A stretch of 64,000 nt of DNA, taken from Adineta vaga. Its lineage: Eukaryota; Animalia; Rotifera. Below, piece by piece: positions 55,001 through 64,000 of the stretch (positions are counted from its first letter, which is position 1; each line of letters starts with the position of its first letter). The stretch spans positions 7,998,001 through 8,062,000 of the forward strand of contig CP075494.1 in NCBI GenBank assembly GCA_021613535.1. Reading direction: 5' to 3'. A model generated the notes under the pieces. The model was not told the origin of the DNA, searched no databases, and saw only the letters and a program-made list of their open reading frames with translations. A program made the position numbers and the translations under genes.

Positions 55001-55779
55001 TCAATCGGTTTCTTCAAAACCTTCTTCACTTAATTTTTTAATTAATGCTCGTACCATTCTCATACAATCATAACAATCAGGAGAATGTGTTTCATGTCGT
55101 GAACAATGATCAAATTCATCATTATATCCAGGTAAATCTTTTATATTACGAAATTTTTCATTTGCAGTTGTGACTTTACGTTTATAGGAATCTAAAACAG
55201 TTTCTAAATGTTTAACACGTGATACTAATAATAAATTAATTGTTTTTAATGATAATTCATTGAGACGTGGATCACCATTACCACAATTAGGTAAAAGATT
55301 TAAATTAAGATTGTGTTTTAAATGATCAGCACAACGACGAATAACATCGTCAAAATTATATTTTTGAGCTATTAATAATGAATCAACTGTACCACGTTGT
55401 TGCATTAAATAAGCTTGACAACGTTTGGTTAATTCGATCATTTGATATTCCTAGAGAAGAAAAATGAAAGATGAAGTTTTCTTTTCTAATATATTGTTTG
55501 ATTTACATCAGCTAATTCGAGTAAACGTTGAATATTTGTTGCAACAATAGGTCGATTTGGTGGATAAATAACAGCAAGTAATTCTTTAATATCATCAAAT
55601 GATTTTCCCGGTAAAGTTATTTCCATTGAATCACGTTCACGAAAATTTGATTTGAACATTGTATCAAATACAGGTGACCATATGGCAAGTAATGCACGAT
55701 TACCATATAATTTTTTATCTTCAACATTAAGAACAACATCATAAAACGGTATTGGTTTTGTAAAATCAAATTGTTCCAT
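55001..55779 (-). CDS. BTB/POZ domain protein (BTB + BACK-like helices), 2 exons
   Basis: DVVLNVEDKKLYGNRALLAIWSPVFDTMFKSNFRERDSMEITLPGK..ELLAVIYP..NIQRLLELAD|EYQMIELTKRC. Confidence 0.9.
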
Positions 55780-56323
55780 TTGAAAAACGATATTTGTAAT
55801 TGGAGATTTCTGTACGATACGTACAAACAAATATGAGTACTATAAATAACTATTATATCTATCTATCATCAGCGGATAGAAATATCAGGATGATGGAAAC
55901 GAAGAATTATCCATTGTCGGATATACTAGCTAGATGTCTCTAGTTCTTTAAGCTAATTATGCTTCGTTTAGAAAGCAGAATTCATCGATCTGAAAGTATA
56001 ATACAAAAACTAATATTTACTTCTCATCAATACGCAAATAAGTATTACTAAGAATTTAATTATATCCAATTAGGCACATATTTATTCTCAATAAATTTAG
56101 TTAGAAACATTTCCATTGAAATTTTTATTCACAATTCACACAAATAAAAACAAAATCGTCTAATAGTTAAAAAAAATCAAAGTAAACGACAAATTATACA
56201 ATTACAAAACAACATTGAACTAAATTAAGACGAAATCTAATCTACATGAATGCATTTAAATATAAATAAAACCCTCCCTGAGATAGAAAACAAAGTAATT
56301 AAATGAGCATCGAATCACAGTAA

Positions 56324-59040
56324 TTATGTATCAGGTTGATCTCCATTCGTATTCTTTTCTACACCAACAAAACGTAAATGATGATTAGCTCCATAACGAT
56401 AATCAAAAAACAATTCTTCTCCTGCATTTATTGAACGTTTCGAATAAATTCCAATTCTATGATCACCATTAACCATAATTACTTTTGCATAACAATTCGG
56501 ATTAATAGAATGATTAGCAAAACGAATTTTATTACCACGACGTGTTGCATCAACCATATATTCTTCATTAAGATCAAATAGAAAACTTGTTCCAATTGTA
56601 TCATACATTCTTCCACGTAATTCACCTTCATCTTGAGTTAACTAAAGGTAAGAAAATAGAACAATTCAATTACATTTTCCATTCAAAACTTTGTTTTTTC
56701 TTTCTTACCACTTCGCCACTATATTCGGCGATAAATTCGTTTCGTTGAATATTCACTTGTGTAAATATTCCCCAACCAGCTACATCTGATTCTGCTAATA
56801 GAAGTGGTTTGTGTAAACTACGTTGTATAGCTACATTATGACATGAGCATGATGTACTGGTTTTCAATTCATTGTTAACACTACGAAAATCATCAGCACC
56901 ACATTGTGTACAAAGATCTGGATCACATTCACGTGCAGCAGCATAACATGGACATTGTTTTGTTGTACATGATGAACGACAACGACAACCAGGAAAACGA
57001 TTATCACATTTTGTCGATAAACAACAGCAGTATTTTTCACAAAAATTACCCGAACGAACACAATAACAATCTTCATTACATGGAATTGAATGATCATGAT
57101 CACAAGGATAATAGGTATGACGTTTCTTTTCAGAAGAATGATTATGATGATGATTTAATAAGATTTGTTGATGACTTCGTTGACGACGAAATGATGAGAA
57201 ATGAGTACGACGTGACGATGATGATCGATGATTGTTATTCTAAATAAAAAATTAGTATAGAGGAATATTTCTTAAGATTATTTTGAAACATCTATATATG
57301 TGTTTGAAAGCAAATGCAAATAGTCAATGAACTCTTTTATATACCATATTTTGCTCCTCTTTTCCATTGCACATTTTCCCATTTTGTTTGCTTAATCCTT
57401 CTATGTGATCAGTCGTTGTTGCTTTTACTCCATTGATTTTCTTCTTCTTCTTATGTTCACCATTTATTTTCACATCACTAGAATCAGATGATATCGATGA
57501 AACGACGCCAGAAAACGATCCAAGTGTTGATGTGCTCGCGGATGAAGTTTGTCGTTGAAAGAGAGAATTCTTTTCATTGGCTTGCATTTCATTTGTATAA
57601 AATACATAAACTTGTGAACATGGCTTATCAAGTAAATTCGCAATCATACAAATATTATTACCATAAATCGTATGAAAAACTCGAAATAAAGATTTGTCAC
57701 TTGGTGACCATTCCGAGACTTCATCAGTTAATTTTCGTTTTAATGATGGCTTGAAATGGAAACCATTGGTGAAGCCATTGGAATCTGGCGAGAATGGTTC
57801 GGTTTTGACGGTATTCAATTTTGGGCGTTTTGAATGAAAACCATTGAGAGGAGGTTTGAATGTTTTATGATCAACTATGTCACTGAAACTTCGTTTCAAT
57901 TCGAGTTTTGTTCGTCGTGATGAAACAGAATTCATTCGATAACAATGATGACTACATGGACAATAAACAGCATTGGAATTTTTAGGTTCAATAGTTAAAT
58001 CAGGTGTTGCTTGTTTATCTTTATGTAGAAAACAATCATATCGATGACATCGACGACAAAATAACATAAAATATGAATGTAAAGTATTGTCAACAGTTGT
58101 ATCCAAAGCTAATGATGAATTATCAATATTTGGAGTGAATTCTTTTGGTGGTAATCGTTTCGATACAAATATAGTACCGAATCGATCTCGAATCAGATCT
58201 GCTGATAGTGGATAAAGTTCTAAAACAAAACGAAAAATATTTGAGACTATTTTTTCTATTCAAGAAATGTCTGTTTACTCAGTAATGTTTCCATTAAATT
58301 CGAATCATCATCTGCCGTCATTGGTACTGATGCATGTCCTGGTTGTTGTTTGAGACGTTTTAATAATTCTAAAAGATGTTCTTCATCGAAAACATATTCA
58401 TTATCTTTATCGTTGATGGCTGCTGTTTTTGAACAACGACGTATACGTTTTGATGTCGATGATGATGATGATGATCGTGCATCTTTTGTTGATGGTAGAA
58501 TTGATGAATCAGATTCAACTGAACTAAGAAGATTTTTAATATCTTCATCCTCTTCTTCTAATACTAAATCGGACAAATTGGTCATAGTGTCACACTAAAA
58601 TATATAATTAGAAAATTTTTCTTCTTCAAATTAGATTTCTTACAAGAAAATTTCGTTGTAGCGGAACATAAGTAAACATATGAGGTATTTTATCAATTTG
58701 AGGTAGAATTGAAAGTGGACAAGTTGATTTCTCACCCGTTATTTCATCATACGCACAATTTGTATAGAGTGTGAATCGTTTTTCAACAGATTTAGGTTCA
58801 GAAATAATCATTGGACGTCGTAAATCTTTGTACTGCTCAGCAATAGTAGAAAAAAGTGGCCTTTATACATTAAAAGAAATCATTTGAAAACAAAATGAAA
58901 GAATGAGAAGAAAAAACTTACACAGCATCACGTCGTTGTCTTATATCAACTGTACGACAGATATGTTTCAATGCTCGTTCAATTCGATCTCTCCAAATTG
59001 GATCGACTGAGCTTTTATTTTTTACAGCATCAGTCGTCAT
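56324..59040 (-). CDS. EZH2: Enhancer of zeste / EZH2 (PRC2 H3K27 methyltransferase), multi-exon
   Basis: [46 protein letters not shown]2 ([11 protein letters not shown]), CXC (CEKYC.C...[27 protein letters not shown]), SET ([48 protein letters not shown]). Confidence 0.97.
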
Positions 59041-60743
59041 TTTATTTATTCGAATAAGACAGATTTCATCTGCTTATTCTATAAATTCCTATGATGAGAT
59101 CGAATTGTACAGAAAGAAATATTGTTCTTTCTTTAACAGCTGTAAACAGCTGAGAGTATAGGAGATTGTTTTTTTTTCATCAATCATCCGGTGAACGAAC
59201 AGTATGGAAGGAAAAATAAATACATATACCTAGCGCTTGATTGTCAATGGTTGATCATGTTCAGACGAAGCTAATCAATGATAAAACAAAAGAAGATGAT
59301 TATGTCGTACGAACTAGTATTTAACTGTATAAGCATCCTTCCAATTATAAAACTACGTATTTTTCTGAGAAAAATACCTTCGTTTTCATCTAGTTTCTAA
59401 TTGTTTTACGATAGATGTCGGTAGTTCAGCACTAAAATAACGGTTTTCAAAATGAGACAAATGTAAACCTATTATCCGATAATTGCGTTACAAGCAACCT
59501 AGATAAATAACAGTCCGACGATGTATTTATCAAATGATTTGTATGTGGCATGAAAATTTTCAAAACTATAAATAACAATTAATACAAGTAATTGTTAATA
59601 TCCACCGACATAACATGACACTTAATAGACTTAAACGATCTCGAGCTTCACAAAAATCTTCATTGATTATTGAATCTGAAGTATGATTAAGAGAATATAA
59701 TTGAGGGACAATAAAATACTCATAACATAAGCAAGATCAATTCTTCGCTGAGAAAAATAAGTATCATATTAAAAATTGAATCAATTGTACTCAAAGTAAG
59801 TAAAACTGATTCAGCACATCAAACAAGAACAATTTGACAAAAAGCTTATGTAATAACTAGAGAAAAAGTCATATGATTATGATAAATATAAATTGCAGAG
59901 TTGCGAATACCAGAAGATTAACGTATGATTGTTGCAAAAAAAAAGAGGAAGAGAATCCTTTAATTAAATAAAAGCAATATGATATTTGTAAAGATTTCAA
60001 ATGTGCCTATAGTTTTCTCTAATTAAATTCTTATGTTTTAGTAAACAATGAAAAGAAAATTATTTCGTTGTTGCGAAAATGTTATCTTCAGTTTTGTAAA
60101 GAAACCGAAGTCTAACTCTGTTTATTTCTTTTCTGCAAATCACAACTTTATGATCATAACATCGCAACATCGTTCATAAAAAAGAAAAAAGATATCAAAT
60201 GACTGAATTATGTTTATGATCAAAAGGAAAATTGTCTCTTTTCATTAAACATACCTGCCCTTCGAATTGCCTGATGATAACAGTTCGATCGATGTTGGCA
60301 AAACATACTCGTCCGATGAAAATGACCATTCATCTACAAATAAGATCATGTCTATCTCTAATTACATTTTACAATGAAATGGACTATGAGCACGGAAGGA
60401 TCGAAAGATAATATAAAAGAGCAAAGAAAATGAGCGATGTACTCGAATGGTATCATGAAAAGAAAAATATTGACTTATGGTGGGAAATAATCCAGCAAAA
60501 GAGAGTGAAAAAAAGAAATACACCGTAAATAAGACGATGTCGCACATATAAGCTATGGATTCTATCGAGATATTATCAACTAACATTTGACGCAGAATAC
60601 AACATAGTATTCTTCGACGAATTCATCATTTATTGATCTTTTACTTGCAATATAAAGATTAACTCCCAACAGATGAAGCAGTAAAGTATCAAGTTTACGA
60701 CTTTTTATTTAATAGTAAGTTAAAAAAACTAACGGTCGATATC

Positions 60744-60827
60744 TTGAGGGTGAGGGTCGGTGAAGATAAGATCATCACCCCACACCCTTAACCTTACCTT
60801 GATCCTCACACCCACCCTCACCCTCAA
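60744..60827. repeat. Short inverted repeat built from TGAGGG-type units (TTGAGGGTGAGGGT ... ACCCTCACCCTCAA)
   Basis: Perfect 14-bp inverted repeat 60744-60757 / 60814-60827 enclosing degenerate CACCC/ACCTT units; GC-rich against an AT-rich background. Confidence 0.75.
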
Positions 60828-61486
60828 AATTTTTAAAAATAAGAAAAAGACCGGCCGGTCCGGTTCCAAGTCTGATCAGGATTCTCCACCAGCGATTACT
60901 CCTGATGAAAATTTTTTGTTAAAATTCTTAGTTAATAATTAGTTAATACTTGATGATAGTTAATAATTAATTAATGACTAATCAATCTATAAAAAGTAAC
61001 ATCAAATTTAGATTTCGCGTCCTCAATTGCCCTTAGTTAAGCTTTGTCGGGCCTATTAAACAATGTTCTTATAAATTTCCACCCAGCTGTTTTCTGATTG
61101 GTTTGAGACACAGAAACATTATGGGATTTAACGCGAATTTTCGCCATATAACTCTTTCTTTCAGAAGAGAGGATTATGTTTATTAATTAAAGAAGAATAG
61201 TGTGAAACTTTTTGTAACGATCCCGGCTAAGTGCATATCGTATGCATGATGTTTACTTTATTCTTAAATTTTGTCGTTGTGTTTCGCACTTTGTTCCTAT
61301 GCATTCATTTCTTTCATATTCTTTCCTTCTCTATGGTGCGCGTGTATATAAGCGCATGTTTTGTATGAAAGTGATGTGATTGTAGATAGAAGCAAATATA
61401 ATAGAGACGGATTCTATCAGGGTTAACGCTCTTTCTATCGAAAATCATCAGACTCTTTTTTTAAACTGTTATTTTAGATAATTACA

Positions 61487-62948
61487 ATGGTGAATATTTC
61501 ATTGGAAAATGCATTGTCCAGATGGGGACCATCTTTTGAAATAAAAAAGAAACGCATATACGGAAGAACTAGTGCTGATCAGAGATATGCAATCACTACT
61601 TGTAAAGCAATAGATGGAATCGGATGGTACAAAATCGGTTTGTATCTGGAAGAAGATCACATGGACAAAGAAAAGTTGACTCCGTATCATAATGATCGGC
61701 TTTTTTCACAAAAAGATGTTAATGAGCGAGTAAGTTATTCGTATTCAATAAGATTAATAGTTTTGAAACTCAATCAAATAAATTATTTATTTCTTTTGTA
61801 GATTGAATGGTTGAAAAATCGCCTCAAACGCGTTCCTTTGCTTACTTTTAGTGGCTTTGAGGAATGTGGTCCACATGCAGATTACTATTTGAAAATAATA
61901 AATTTTCCAAATGATTGTAAAACAACACCCGAAAAATATCTTACTCGTGGAGATCATGTTCGAGTAGGTACAATTCTTTATCTTTATTTGAAAATAAAAC
62001 ACGTGTTGTATCCAATGATTATTGTGTTTGATTCAAACATATGTTAAGACCAAATGCACTGTAGGTTATATGTTGAGATATTGGGAAATGATTTTATCGA
62101 AAAGTAGGGGACAATTCTCAGAGTATTCTGCTCTTGGCTAAAAATTTGTTTCAGTCGAAACTTTTCATTTATTTCAACTTTATACTAATTAGATTGCATG
62201 CACTAAAAATAAAATCATTTTCAGTCTTTATCTACTACATATCTTCTATCTAAATGCGAAACTATTTTACAATGTATCAACATATAACTTATAATATATT
62301 TCGTCTTTGAATTGATATGCATATAAAATACGCAAGAATTCAGATTTATGAGAAAGTTTTGGAGGATCAGTAAAGTGAAACACCTTTACTTATGTATATT
62401 AATTATATGCAATATGACGATATTTTAGATTTCTCGAATGGCTGGTTTGTACACGCATGATGCAATCTACATTGGTGAAAACAAGGTACGTTTCTTTAAT
62501 TTATGTACAAGCTGATTGCCACTGAAATATTAATTGTAAATTTGAATATTTTTAGGTTATTCATGTATTTGGTGATAATAAACAAAATTCGGCTGTGCGT
62601 GAAGATGATTGGAGTACATTTATTGGAGATCCAAACTCATGGTGGGGTACTGTATCAATTGTGATATACAGATTGCGCATACGATCACGTGACGAGATCG
62701 TAGCTGCAGCGAGGAGTTATCTTGGAATTAATCATTTGCAGGGTCAATATGATTTTCTTACACAAAATTGCCAACATTTTTCCTCATATTGCTCTACCGG
62801 AACTGAAATATCCCATGGTGCTAGTTCAGCAGGAGACAGTGCCTACCAAGTGATTTATGGAGTGGCTTCTGGATTTGGTGGTAACGGTCCTCGACCTGGT
62901 AGAGCTTTTGGCCAAAAATTTGATTCTCCATTGGACTATGAACCGTGA
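61487..62948 (+). CDS. LRAT/HRASLS (PLAAT)-type permuted NlpC/P60 domain protein with N-terminal extension, 4 exons
   Basis: LTRGDHVR|ISRMAGLYTHDAIYIGENK|VIHV (two catalytic His), IVAAARSYLG..YDFLTQNCQHFSSYCSTG (NCxHF catalytic Cys); all junctions are phase 0 GT-AG. Confidence 0.88.
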
Positions 62949-64000
62949 TAGTAGGAGTATATTAATGTCCAGAAATGTTACCCAACAGCGATCATTTTCT
63001 TTAATTAACTTCTATTGACATCACACTCTCTTTTTTCGTATCATTCTTAGTAGTTCTCTGGTTATTATTTTCATTATCGTTTAGTTCTCTTTTTTTGGCT
63101 CTCTTTTATATGCTAAGTAACTTTTAATAAAACTAAATAGAAAAATTGAAGCTGACGTTGAGAATAGCTACCGTGATCCAGATTTCACTCCAGCTACGGA
63201 GACCGACCGACGGAAAAGAAATCCAGATGAATATGACTAAGTCAATTCACAGGACCAACTAAAAACTATTAGATATCTTGATGGACAAGGCTACCTAATG
63301 ATAAGTTCGGGACACAATGGTGAGAATAGCTATTTTGAGGGTGAGAAAAATAGACCGTTCCACGACAAACTGATGTTTCTGTTTTGCGAGGACTCTATCA
63401 GGTGGATTTAAAGATATTATATCGAATAGTAATTCAAGATACATTGAAATTACTATATTTGGTACAATAATCAATATTACTGCTGCGCAAATAATTGTCA
63501 AATAGAATGAAGCATAACTATATATAATAAATATAACTATACATGTCCATGTCTATTTAATGAAAATTAATGTTTAAGTTAATATAGATGGATAGACCGT
63601 TATTTGTGTCATATGTGAGGTTTGGTCGTCTAGAAATTGTTTTGTGTTATTGTTTGTGATGTTCTGCTTTCATTATTTGAATAGTAATTTTATCTAAAAA
63701 GTGAATAAACTCATTTTAAGTATCCTGAAGATTTGAAAGATATCGGTTTTTGAGCTGACAATTAATTTGATAGAAAACGATCGTCATGCATTTGCTTGTA
63801 TTGTTCTTCAATAGCATACTTTTCGAATTGATTCTGTTGCCATTGTTGTAGTTTAGTTGTATCTGTTCGGCATTGTATCGCTATTGTAGTTCCTCCGTTT
63901 CCAGGTTTTCAATTGCATTAATTTGATCGATTTGTTCTATTTCATTTTGTATTAATGTTAAGTGTTCAAGAACAGCAAATGCTTTGATGGGGGTGGGGTG

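Noticed and set aside
60480-60486. CSL-binding motif GTGGGAA
   Set aside because: A single 7-mer about 8 kb from the CSL gene with other genes in between; expected by chance.

Overview
AT-rich (roughly 30% GC by eye), very gene-dense eukaryotic DNA with many ~50-60 nt GT-AG introns. The genes are metazoan (talin, AMPA/kainate-type iGluR, CSL/Su(H), E(z), ARAP, ARID4), mixed with two adjacent genes from families not typical of animals. This combination most resembles a bdelloid rotifer genome (inference; species not determinable here). I can support about 23 protein-coding genes, built by joining exons across the ORF track: talin (5' part), TAF1A-like, Shisa-like, vasohibin, SLC7 transporter, iGluR, histidine phosphatase, CPA2 cation/H+ antiporter, GID4, RNF212/Zip3-like RING, LONRF, ARAP, a short POLR3E, REP/CHM, a TIL-repeat protein, CTU1, ARID4, ALKBH6, CRLS1 (with a +1 frameshift), CSL, LTO1, a BTB protein, EZH2 and an LRAT-domain protein. 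I saw no tRNA, rRNA, CRISPR array or intact transposon. Most interesting observations: (1) operon-like runs of co-oriented genes 34-230 bp apart, with splice acceptors at or just before the downstream ATG (candidate SL trans-spliced polycistrons); (2) a meiotic crossover-type RNF212/ZHP-3 gene; (3) an iGluR with a genomically encoded Arg at the Q/R site and an altered SYTANLAAF gate; (4) a two-gene candidate HGT island; (5) a Shisa-like protein with a Shadoo/prion-like N-terminus; (6) several structured introns. All family assignments rest on recalled motifs, not database searches.
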